Source: a virus
Length of the DNA stretch: 64,000 nt
Virus record (IMG/VR): IMGVR_UViG_3300019360_000001
Reading direction: 5' to 3' (one strand)
Shown here: positions 1-8,629 of the stretch, piece by piece
How positions within the stretch are numbered: position 1 is the stretch's first letter
How the letters are laid out: every line of letters begins with the position of its first letter
The notes under the pieces: generated by a model
What the model was told of the DNA's origin: nothing
The model's input: the letters and a program-made list of their open reading frames with translations, nothing else
Database searches by the model: none
Translations under genes and position numbers: made by a program

Positions 1-717
1 TCTAATAAAGAATGGATAAAATACGCTAAACGGTATGGATTGCCTATGAATTTTAGCAAATGGAGATGTTCTCATTTGGGCGATATACGTGATTTATCTA
101 TGTGGGCAGCTAATAATATTTTGGTATCAGAAATAATACCTAAAAATCACATAAATATTGATACAAGAACTCTTAGACGATATAAGAAGTTTTTAGATAT
201 TGGATATAATTGTGAAATAATCAACAAAGATGTGTGGTTTCATAAAAATTGTGAGTATTGCAATAATAAATTTATTACTAGACAGCATTATACTGGATTT
301 TGTAGTGGAAGCTGTGGAAACAGGGCTAGAGATAAGGCATCTTATGATCAGGCAAAGGCTTCTGCAAAAGTTACATTTGATGATCGAAGACATAAAAACA
401 AGGAAAAACAATCTTCTATCTTTATAGAGTTAAAAAATAAATTAGGCAGAGTGCCAGAAAAAAAAGAATGGATGAAAGAATGTAAAGATCAAGGAATTTC
501 TTTTGAAATATCTAGAAATAGCAGTCCATTTAGATATTGGAATGATTTAAAAGAATATGCTAGCAATATAAATCATAAAGTAGTTTCTGTTGAGCTGTGT
601 GGATATGAAGATGTTTATAATGGCACTGTAGATGAATTTCATAATTTTTTTATTGGTGGATTTGAGAGTAAAACTCAGTCTGGCAAACGTAAGTGGTGGT
701 ATTTAAACAACTTGCAG
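1..717 (+). mobile_element. C-terminal part of an intein in NrdJ, ending in Gln
   Basis: Block F/G HKVVSVE..EDVYNGTVDEFHNFFI...NNLQ is followed by Cys (TGT 718-720) of CGEI. Contains a CxxC..CxxxC zinc finger and endonuclease-associated repeats. Confidence 0.88.
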
Positions 718-1707
718 TGTGGCGAAATACTCCTCAGAGACAAGCAATTTTGCAATTTAACTTCTGTGGTAGTCAAAAAGGGTGATGATATAGATGATCT
801 ATTAGAGAAAGTAGAAACGGCTACCTGGCTTGGAGTATTGCAGTCTTGTTTAACAAATTTTCCATACTTAAGAAAACAATGGGCTAAAAACTGTAAGGAA
901 GAAAGACTTTTGGGTGTTTCGTTAAATGGACAAATGGATAATCCAGAAATATTAACCGAGCAAACGCTTGATTCGCTAAAAAGAAAAGCAATTAAAATTG
1001 CTGAAAAAGCTTCAAAGATAATGAATATAAATATGCCTGTATCCATTACTTGTGTGAAACCAGAAGGAACTACATCACAATTAGTTGATTGTGCTTCTGG
1101 GTTACATGCAAGATATTCTGAATATTATATTAGGACATATAGAATAGCTTCAACAGATCCATTGTTTAAAATGCTTAAAGATCAGGGCTTGAAAATGGTT
1201 CCAGATATTGGCCAAAGAGAAAAAGATTGGCATGATGCCCAGAACGGAGATATGAATAAATGTTCTATATATGAAAAGGGCAAAAGATGGACCGAAGATA
1301 AAGTACAGACATGGGTTATATCTTTCCCTATTATGTCTCCTAAAAAATCAACCAAAAGAAATGATTTAAGTGAAATACAACAATTAGAATGGGCAAAAAA
1401 ATTGCAATTAAAATGGTGTGAACATTCTGCTAGTGCAACAATATATGTCAAACCTGAAAATTGGTTAGAGGTTGGTAGTTGGGTATATAATAATTGGGAC
1501 TATGTGAATGGATTAAGTTTTTTACCTTGGGATGGAGGCGTCTATGAACTTGCCCCATATGAAGAAATAGATAAAGATACGTACGAAAAAATGCTTAAAG
1601 CGATGCCATCTATTGATTATTCTCAACTTAGTAAATATGAAAAGGAAGATAATACTACCGGAAGCAGAGAATTAGCGTGCTCAGGAGGAAGCTGTGAAAT
1701 CAAGTAA
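1..1707 (+). CDS. nrdJ: Class II (AdoCbl-dependent) ribonucleotide reductase, 3' part, with intein; 5' end lies outside the window
   Basis: Frame is open from position 1. The C-extein has CGEILL (the catalytic NPCGE motif), FCNLTSV, ERLLGVSL, ITCVKPEGTTSQL, WCEHSASATI and the C-terminal redox pair LACSGGSCE. Confidence 0.92.
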   Translation, partial: SNKEWIKYAKRYGLPMNFSKWRCSHLGDIRDLSMWAANNILVSEIIPKNHINIDTRTLRRYKKFLDIGYNCEIINKDVWFHKNCEYCNNKFITRQHYTGFCSGSCGNRARDKASYDQAKASAKVTFDDRRHKNKEKQSSIFIELKNKLGRVPEKKEWMKECKDQGISFEISRNSSPFRYWNDLKEYASNINHKVVSVELCGYEDVYNGTVDEFHNFFIGGFESKTQSGKRKWWYLNNLQCGEILLRDKQFCNLTSVVVKKGDDIDDLLEKVETATWLGVLQSCLTNFPYLRKQWAKNCKEERLLGVSLNGQMDNPEILTEQTLDSLKRKAIKIAEKASKIMNINMPVSITCVKPEGTTSQLVDCASGLHARYSEYYIRTYRIASTDPLFKMLKDQGLKMVPDIGQREKDWHDAQNGDMNKCSIYEKGKRWTEDKVQTWVISFPIMSPKKSTKRNDLSEIQQLEWAKKLQLKWCEHSASATIYVKPENWLEVGSWVYNNWDYVNGLSFLPWDGGVYELAPYEEIDKDTYEKMLKAMPSIDYSQLSKYEKEDNTTGSRELACSGGSCEIK

Positions 1708-1718
1708 GAAAATTTATA

Positions 1719-1747
1719 TTGTTTTGAAAAATTTACACCATTATAAT
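1719..1747 (+). promoter_or_regulatory. Candidate sigma70-type promoter
   Basis: TTGTTT (1719-1724), 17 nt spacer, perfect TATAAT (1742-1747), in the intergenic gap upstream of 1777. Confidence 0.45.
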
Positions 1748-1776
1748 AGATTGGAATTCCAAGGATAGGTGGTTTT

Positions 1777-2592
1777 ATGCCAAATTTTATAGATTTAAGT
1801 GGCAAGGTTTTCAATAATCTTACTGTTATTAAGGCTTCGGACGAAAAACATGTGTCTAAAGAAAAACATTGGGTGTGCAAATGTTCTTGTGGCAAGGAAA
1901 TAATATTGCCTTCTTATACAATAAGGCATGGAAAAAGTAAAAGTTGTGGGTGCTTACAGCACAAAGGAACGCATAAAATGTCTAATAGGCCAGAGTTTCG
2001 TACTTGGGCTGGTATGATACAGCGATGTAAAAATCCTAATAAAACTGAATACAGGTATTATGGAGGCAGAGGTATAAAAGTATGTGAAAGATGGGCCGAG
2101 AAAGGTAATGGGTTTAAGAATTTTTATGATGATATGGGTCCCAAACCAAATCCATCTTATAGTCTAGATAGAATAGATTCTAATGGAAATTATTGTAAAG
2201 AAAATTGTAAGTGGGCAACACCCCAAGAACAATGGGACAATAGAAAGCAAATATCTCTTTCTGTTAAAACATATCAGGATAAAACTGCCAATACTGCTAT
2301 TTATCCCAAAGATGACAAATTGTGGTCGGTGTCATATTGTTTGCTAGGAATAGGTAGCGAGGCAGGAGAGCTATGTGGTATTTATAAAAAAATGATAAGA
2401 GATAATTGTTTTGATTTAACTGCCGAAGTAAAAAGGAAAATAATAGATGAGGCAGGAGATTTAGCATGGTACTTGAGTCAACTTTGCACTGAACTTGATG
2501 TAAGTTTAGAATATGTTTTAAAACATAACATCGAAAAACTTCGTTCACGCCAAGAAAGGGGAAAGTTACAAGGGTCCGGCGATAATCGTTAA
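1777..2592 (+). CDS. mazG: HNH endonuclease fused to a MazG-like nucleotide pyrophosphohydrolase
   Basis: N-terminus: DLSGKVFNNLTV, WVCKCSCG, KSCGC, YGGRGIKVCERW, SLDRIDSNGNYCKENCKWAT (phage HNH). C-terminus: YQ..TAIYP..LGIGSEAGE..DEAGDLAWY..NIEKLRSRQERGKLQGSGDNR (phage MazG). Confidence 0.88.
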   Translation: MPNFIDLSGKVFNNLTVIKASDEKHVSKEKHWVCKCSCGKEIILPSYTIRHGKSKSCGCLQHKGTHKMSNRPEFRTWAGMIQRCKNPNKTEYRYYGGRGIKVCERWAEKGNGFKNFYDDMGPKPNPSYSLDRIDSNGNYCKENCKWATPQEQWDNRKQISLSVKTYQDKTANTAIYPKDDKLWSVSYCLLGIGSEAGELCGIYKKMIRDNCFDLTAEVKRKIIDEAGDLAWYLSQLCTELDVSLEYVLKHNIEKLRSRQERGKLQGSGDNR

Positions 2593-2759
2593 TTTTTGTT
2601 TGTGGGAGGGGTGTTTTTACGGATATTAATGTCGTTTATAAAATATCAAAAGATTTATCCTGGAAATACATAAAACAATATATTGCGCCAAATACAATAG
2701 ACATAGCGATATACAAAATATGCCTTGATTTATATATTACTAAAAAGACTATTTGGAAT

Positions 2760-3155
2760 GTGCAATCTCGCTTATCTGAAAATGGTCTTTTGTGTCTTGA
2801 ATGTTCTCCAGAAAATATTAGCCAAGCAATTGGTATAATCTCAGAATCTGGCTTTAAATATTCTATTTGCTATTTATTTGGGCAAAACGACACAATTATT
2901 TGGCTTTTAGCATCTAAAAAAGCAAACCCCAAATTGCCTAAGTACTTAATTTTAAATGACTTAGAGCAAAGATCTGACACAATTTTAAATTCGGGCCAAT
3001 TTTCTTCGCAAGCCGTAGTACTTCTTGTGGGAGACTCTACACTTTCATTAGTTTCATCTTTGAAAAGCAAATATGTTTATATAATTGCATTTTGCGATGA
3101 TGAAATATTAATAGAAATAGCAAAGTCAGAAGGTATTAGTGTTGTGACGCCTTGA
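2760..3155 (+). CDS. Hypothetical protein (start uncertain; frame open from 2586)
   Basis: ORF fills the gap in a co-directional cluster; no recognisable motif. Confidence 0.5.
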   Translation: MQSRLSENGLLCLECSPENISQAIGIISESGFKYSICYLFGQNDTIIWLLASKKANPKLPKYLILNDLEQRSDTILNSGQFSSQAVVLLVGDSTLSLVSSLKSKYVYIIAFCDDEILIEIAKSEGISVVTP

Positions 3156-3367
3156 CTTGCTTTGTTTGCCGAAAGTCAATAAAAGGGGAAAGCAGAAAAG
3201 AAGGCAATAAGATTGCCCATGCTAATTGTTTTTTGGCAAAATCGATAATTAAAATAACTAAGATTGGTCCAGATTCCATAAGTTTTCTTCCTGGTTCAGG
3301 AATTAGCAAATCAAAGCAGAATGAAATAATATCTGATAATATACTTGGGGAAATTAATGAACAGTAA
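3152..3367 (+). CDS. Small zinc-finger protein
   Basis: CxxC...HxxC motif; TTGA overlap with the upstream stop codon. Confidence 0.5.
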   Translation: MTCFVCRKSIKGESRKEGNKIAHANCFLAKSIIKITKIGPDSISFLPGSGISKSKQNEIISDNILGEINEQ

Positions 3368-3986
3368 TGTTTTGCCATCTGGATTTACATATAACGACGT
3401 AGAAGACATAATAGAAAGGATATCCGACAAAAAGGCAAGAAAATATGGAAATGTAGGGTTTTATGATTTAGATGATTTAAAACAAGAGGCTAGAATTAAG
3501 TGTTGGTCCATTCTTGGTAGATATAATGTAAATCATGGCACTGAATTAGAAGCTTATTTAGGAATTTGTATAGAAAATAGAATAAGAGATATTAAGCGAA
3601 GTATAGTTTATAAACACAACAAGCCATGCTTTCAATGTCCGTTTTGGCAACAAGATGCCGCATCTTCCGGGGCACATGATTGTTTAGTATTTGACAATAA
3701 AATGGAGTGCGAAAAATACGCAAGACACGAAAAATATGTGCAAATAAAACTTAGTTCTAGTCATCCAATAGATATAGATAACGAAAGAATAGAAGATGGT
3801 AAGTATGCGAATACTATTAATGGAGAAGAACTTTATGATTATGTAATTAAGCATTTGCCTTCTGGTCACAGGCATTGTTTTGATAAGTTAGCAAACAATA
3901 ATTTTAATTTAAAGTCTCTTAAAAAGAATGAGGTAAAAGCAATTGTTTCAGAACTTAAAAAAATAATGAGTAATTTTGGTGAATAA
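3357..3986 (+). CDS. Phage-encoded sigma70-family sigma factor with a Cys-rich insertion
   Basis: Region-2-like YDLDDLKQEARIKCW...RYN...LEAYLGICIENRIRDIKR; insertion CFQC...C...C; ATG at 3357 with GGGGA RBS. Confidence 0.7.
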   Translation: MNSNVLPSGFTYNDVEDIIERISDKKARKYGNVGFYDLDDLKQEARIKCWSILGRYNVNHGTELEAYLGICIENRIRDIKRSIVYKHNKPCFQCPFWQQDAASSGAHDCLVFDNKMECEKYARHEKYVQIKLSSSHPIDIDNERIEDGKYANTINGEELYDYVIKHLPSGHRHCFDKLANNNFNLKSLKKNEVKAIVSELKKIMSNFGE

Positions 3987-4889
3987 ATGTTTAAAAAAGG
4001 AATGTCTAAAAACATTGGTATGGATTTAAATGTTGCGCCATCTGGTACAAAGCAATCTTGGACAATGATAAGAGATACATTTAAACGAGGAAGATCTACT
4101 AAAGAAGAAGATGCCTTTATAACTGCCAATATTAATGCAATGACTAATCGTCAAATGGCAGATTCGTTAAAAAGGAAAACACATTTCGTAGCAAACAGAA
4201 TAAAAGTTCTTGAATTAAGAAGAGAAAGTACAATAAGCGAAAAACTTAGCAAGCCTTCATCTTTCTTGCATACAATGAACGACAAAGAAAAAGCTAAGTA
4301 TTTTAGAACAGAAGTAACTTTATCTGCTACTTTTAGGGCACTAAAAAAATCTTTTACCGATGCAGAACAGCAATACTATATAGATAAATATGCTAACTTT
4401 ATGTTAGATCCATCCATTGAAACGATGACGGCAATGGAAAAAGATGCACTGCACGAACTTATTGTTAACCAAGTTAGAATAAACAGATGGATGCAAGAAG
4501 AAAAAGAAGACAAGGAATTGGTTGTTAAGCAAAAATTGAATAGGCAATCTATTTCTAGGTCTAGGGAAATTAAAGAGGCTCAAGAGCTAATAGCAAAATA
4601 TCAAAAAAGTCTAAATGTTGAACGAGAACAAAGACTGAAAAATCAAAGTGATCAATCTGTTACTTTTAATAATATAATAAGAGACTTGAAATCGCAGAAA
4701 TCAAGAATTCAAGCAGGACAAGAAGCGGCTATGTTAAAGTATATAGCAGAAAGATCTTATAATCATGCATTAGGAACTAATATAATTTCCGGGAAAGATA
4801 AAACTTTTGATATTGGCAAACTTTTCCATGATGGCAAAGCTCCTGATCTTAGCGCCGACTTCATACCAAAAGGATCTGGAGTTTCTTAA
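3987..4889 (+). CDS. Putative terminase small subunit / DNA-binding protein
   Basis: HTH-like N-terminus (EEDAFI..MTNRQMADSLKR..VANR), helical C-terminus, located two genes upstream of TerL. Confidence 0.4.
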   Translation: MFKKGMSKNIGMDLNVAPSGTKQSWTMIRDTFKRGRSTKEEDAFITANINAMTNRQMADSLKRKTHFVANRIKVLELRRESTISEKLSKPSSFLHTMNDKEKAKYFRTEVTLSATFRALKKSFTDAEQQYYIDKYANFMLDPSIETMTAMEKDALHELIVNQVRINRWMQEEKEDKELVVKQKLNRQSISRSREIKEAQELIAKYQKSLNVEREQRLKNQSDQSVTFNNIIRDLKSQKSRIQAGQEAAMLKYIAERSYNHALGTNIISGKDKTFDIGKLFHDGKAPDLSADFIPKGSGVS

Positions 4890-4890
4890 A

Positions 4891-5544
4891 ATGATAAAAA
4901 AATGTAGTAATCTTAATTGCGAAAAAGAATTTTCTACTGAAAAGAAAAACAATATATATTGCTCTAAAGAATGCTCAAAGGAATGGCAATGGAAAGATGG
5001 AAGAAGAATAGACAAGAAACATGGAGTTATTCATTTTTTAAAAGAAAATGGCGATATAATGCAATATCCCATGCCAACCATAATTATTGATTCCAGAGAG
5101 CAAAATCCTTATTCGTTTAGATCTGTTGGGGAACTTGCAGGTGTTGCTGTTTCTGGACTAAAATTTGGAGATTATTCTATTAAAGATCATACAGATTTAA
5201 TTTTTATTGAGAGGAAAAATAGCGCCTTGGAATTTTATGGTAATCTTGGCAAAGAAAGAGAAAGATTTTCCAATGAGCTAGAAAAAGCAAAGCATTGTAA
5301 ATTTAAATTTATAATTATAGAAGACAAATTTAGCTCTTTGTATAGCTCTTCATATTTGGCAAATAAATTTAGTGGTAATAAATACAAACACTCTAGCCCA
5401 CGTTCAATTTTGGGATCGTTATCTTCATTTATGTTAAGTTTTAATATTAATATAATTTTTTCTGACAATAGAGAAAATGCTCAAGACTTAGTTAGAAAAC
5501 TTTTGCTAATGGCTTACAGGAAAAAAATGGAAGGTAATATATGA
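4891..5544 (+). CDS. ERCC4/XPF-family nuclease with N-terminal zinc finger
   Basis: IIIDSREQ, GDYS, IERKN and IIIED motifs; N-terminal CxxxxC..YCSxxC; ATG at 4891 directly after the upstream stop. Confidence 0.85.
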   Translation: MIKKCSNLNCEKEFSTEKKNNIYCSKECSKEWQWKDGRRIDKKHGVIHFLKENGDIMQYPMPTIIIDSREQNPYSFRSVGELAGVAVSGLKFGDYSIKDHTDLIFIERKNSALEFYGNLGKERERFSNELEKAKHCKFKFIIIEDKFSSLYSSSYLANKFSGNKYKHSSPRSILGSLSSFMLSFNINIIFSDNRENAQDLVRKLLLMAYRKKMEGNI

Positions 5545-8500
5545 AAATATCTTCCATAATAAGTCCTCAATATGACCACTATTTTAATTTGCCTGAAGTT
5601 TCTACTTTATACAATCCCCTATTAGATGTTCCACTTTATTTGCAAGAAGAAGGCGAACTTGTAGAATTTTACAAATTATCTAATGAATATTTTTCGCCAG
5701 AATTTGGTATTAAATATTTACTAGGGCTAGAATTATTTCCTTTTCAAATGGCCATTGTAAGAGCTATCTTGGCTCATAAATTTCCAATGTTATTGTTAAG
5801 TCGTGGTGCTGGCAAGAGTTTTTTGTTGGCCATTTATGCTATTTATCATTCTATTATGTTTCCTGGGTCAAAAATAATATTGGTGTCGGCTAGTTTTCGT
5901 CAGGCCAAAATTATATTTTCTGAAATACATAGAATATATGACAAGTCGCCATTACTTCAGGCTCTTTCAAAAGATCAGCCTAGAGTAAGTACTGATCATT
6001 GTCATTATGAAATAGGAACATCTTCTATCAAGGCCTTGCCTCTTGGTCAAGGTGGGAAAATTAGAGGAGAAAGATCTAACGTTACATTAGTAGATGAGTT
6101 TAATGATATTCCAATAGAAATCTTTAACGTTGTTATTCGTGGATTTAGTGCCACAGAATCTGATCCATGGAATAAATCTCGACAAATGCTTTTAGAACAA
6201 AAAAATAATACTAAAAAAATTGCAAGCGAACAAGATATGATGATTTCTGAAGGAAACAAAATTATATTATCCGGTACAGCTGGTTTTAAAGGTGGCACAT
6301 ATTATAAAATGTTTAGTCAGTATAATAAAATTTTAGCAAACAAAGTAGATGGTAGCGTTAACAATTACAAAGATATATTTAAGGAAGATGATTTTGAAGA
6401 GGAATACAAAATAGACTATAGAGATTTTTGTGTCGTTAAATATGCATATGATGAACTTCCCGGTAGATTAATGGACAGAAAAACCATTGAGCACGCAAGA
6501 ATAACAATGCCCAAATTTTTGTTTGATATGGAATACATGTGTTTTAAGGATGATACTTTAATAATAACAAATAATGGGGCTAAGAAAATTTGCAATATCA
6601 ATATAGGGGATCTTGTATTAACTCACAAAGGAAGATTTAGAAAAGTAATGGAAGTATTAAAACACAATTATAAAGGAACAATGATAAATTATAAAACTTG
6701 GGGATATAATCAGAGTTGTCTAGTAACAAATAATCACCCATATTGGACTGGAGATAATAATTGGGCTAATATTAGCGGTATAAAAGATTATATTAAACTT
6801 TCTAATTTAAAAGAATTGAACAATAAAAAATTTATTGATTTAAGAGATTATGTTAGTGATTTTATAGAGCGTGATAATAAAATTTTCCCTAAAGCTTCGC
6901 AAACGATATTAAACAATAACCAAGTTGAAGAAATATTAAGCAGTAATGAAAATAAAAAAATATTGGCTAATAGATATAACGTTTGTTTAGGAACTATTTA
7001 TCAAATCAAAAATAAAAAAAATTATATTCCCAAAACTGCTATTCCTTATAACCTGAAGTTAGATTTTAATCTTGGATTAATTGTTGGATACTATGCAGCG
7101 GAGGGTTCTGTTGGTTCACACGGGAAAACAACAGTTTTTTCATTAGATGGTCACGTTAATTTTTCTTTAGAGCTATATGTAAATCAGTTAAGTTCGGCTA
7201 TTAGCAATGTGCTTGGAATTGAGCCCAAAAGGTATAAACGAGAAAATCTTATTAATATTACTATAAACCAAAGACTATTTGCAGAGTTTATAAAAAAGAT
7301 ATGTCCGGGTCTCTCTACTAATAAAATGATAGATCCCGATATATTGTTTAGCAACGAAGAATTTATGAAGGGCGTAATTACAGGATATTGGAATGGAGAT
7401 GGTCATACATCTTTATATTCTAGTGTAACTAAAGCGTCTTCAGCAAGTATAAATTTGGCTTGCCAAATAAAACTTTTATTATCTTATTTTGGAATAGCAT
7501 CTGGCTTAAATTTTGTACAAACGAAGCAAGATATGCTAGTTCTTGGCAAAAAATGTGCAATTCACGATCAATATAGCATTGATATGCAAGGAGAAAATGC
7601 CTCAAAATTTAGAAAAGTATTTTACGGACAAGAAATAAAATATATAAATACAAAAAAGTGTTATTATAATGACAAAGATTCTTCATTATTTTTATTGAAA
7701 GATAAAGAAGAGTTATTATATGATGGCATGGTTTACAACTTAGAGGTAGAAGAAGATCATAGCTATTCACTGTTTAATGCAACGGTACATAATTGTAAAT
7801 TTGCGGACGATACAAATGGCTTTTTTAAAATGAAGGATATAGAATTTGCTACGGCTCCATTTAATGGATTTAATGTTATTATAAAAGGTAATGAAGGCAA
7901 AAAATATATAATAGGAGTAGATCCAGCAAGGACTATTGATAGATTTGCTATTTGTGTTATTGAGATGGGAACGCCTAATAAAGTTGTTTATGCTTGGACT
8001 TGTCAAAATAAACCATATTCTTTTGCGGCAGAAAAAATAAGAAAATTAACTAGGGCATTTGACACAAAAGGGATTGCAATAGACCAAGGGGGAGGTGGAT
8101 TGGCTATTGAAGAGTTGCTAAATAAGAGCGATGTAATGCATGGTGGAGATAAAAAACTATATAGGTTTGACGATGAAACCTTTGAATCAAATAACGGATT
8201 GAAGATACTTCATATGTTTAATTTTAATTCTAATTGGATTGATGATGCCAACGTATTATTGCAAAAAAACTTAGAAGACCGTGTTATCATGTTTCCGTAT
8301 CCTCAAATTAGGGATTTTTCAGATGAAGAGGATGATGCACAATATGAAATAAGCCAAATGAAGCAGGAATTGGTGTCTATTGAAGTTACCCATACAAGAA
8401 CCGGGAAAAAACATTATGATTTGGCTCCGCCTAATATAAGCAAAGACTCTTCTGGAACCATTAAACATAAAGACAGATATTCCGCTCTGTTATTGGCGAA

Positions 8501-8606
8501 TTATTTGGCATCTAGGTCCAATGTCATTACTAATGACAACAAACAAGAAATTAAGGAAATGTACAGAAAAAGCAGTATGCTCGGTAATTGGGTTGAAAAT
8601 ATATAA
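5541..8606 (+). CDS. terL: Terminase large subunit with intein (about 603 aa after splicing)
   Basis: FPFQ Q-motif, Walker A SRGAGKS, IRGER, Walker B LVDE, motif III ILSGT, RNase H-like IIGVDPAR, IAID, HKDRYSA. Confidence 0.93.
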   Translation: MKISSIISPQYDHYFNLPEVSTLYNPLLDVPLYLQEEGELVEFYKLSNEYFSPEFGIKYLLGLELFPFQMAIVRAILAHKFPMLLLSRGAGKSFLLAIYAIYHSIMFPGSKIILVSASFRQAKIIFSEIHRIYDKSPLLQALSKDQPRVSTDHCHYEIGTSSIKALPLGQGGKIRGERSNVTLVDEFNDIPIEIFNVVIRGFSATESDPWNKSRQMLLEQKNNTKKIASEQDMMISEGNKIILSGTAGFKGGTYYKMFSQYNKILANKVDGSVNNYKDIFKEDDFEEEYKIDYRDFCVVKYAYDELPGRLMDRKTIEHARITMPKFLFDMEYMCFKDDTLIITNNGAKKICNINIGDLVLTHKGRFRKVMEVLKHNYKGTMINYKTWGYNQSCLVTNNHPYWTGDNNWANISGIKDYIKLSNLKELNNKKFIDLRDYVSDFIERDNKIFPKASQTILNNNQVEEILSSNENKKILANRYNVCLGTIYQIKNKKNYIPKTAIPYNLKLDFNLGLIVGYYAAEGSVGSHGKTTVFSLDGHVNFSLELYVNQLSSAISNVLGIEPKRYKRENLINITINQRLFAEFIKKICPGLSTNKMIDPDILFSNEEFMKGVITGYWNGDGHTSLYSSVTKASSASINLACQIKLLLSYFGIASGLNFVQTKQDMLVLGKKCAIHDQYSIDMQGENASKFRKVFYGQEIKYINTKKCYYNDKDSSLFLLKDKEELLYDGMVYNLEVEEDHSYSLFNATVHNCKFADDTNGFFKMKDIEFATAPFNGFNVIIKGNEGKKYIIGVDPARTIDRFAICVIEMGTPNKVVYAWTCQNKPYSFAAEKIRKLTRAFDTKGIAIDQGGGGLAIEELLNKSDVMHGGDKKLYRFDDETFESNNGLKILHMFNFNSNWIDDANVLLQKNLEDRVIMFPYPQIRDFSDEEDDAQYEISQMKQELVSIEVTHTRTGKKHYDLAPPNISKDSSGTIKHKDRYSALLLANYLASRSNVITNDNKQEIKEMYRKSSMLGNWVENI
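6540..7793 (+). mobile_element. Intein (418 aa) with LAGLIDADG homing endonuclease in TerL
   Basis: Begins CFKDDTLI after MEYM; block B TNNHPYW; LAGLIDADG-like GYYAAEGS and GYWNGDG; ends VYNLEVEEDHSY..VHN followed by Cys. Confidence 0.93.
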
Positions 8607-8629
8607 GTCGTACTAATATTTGGTGAATT

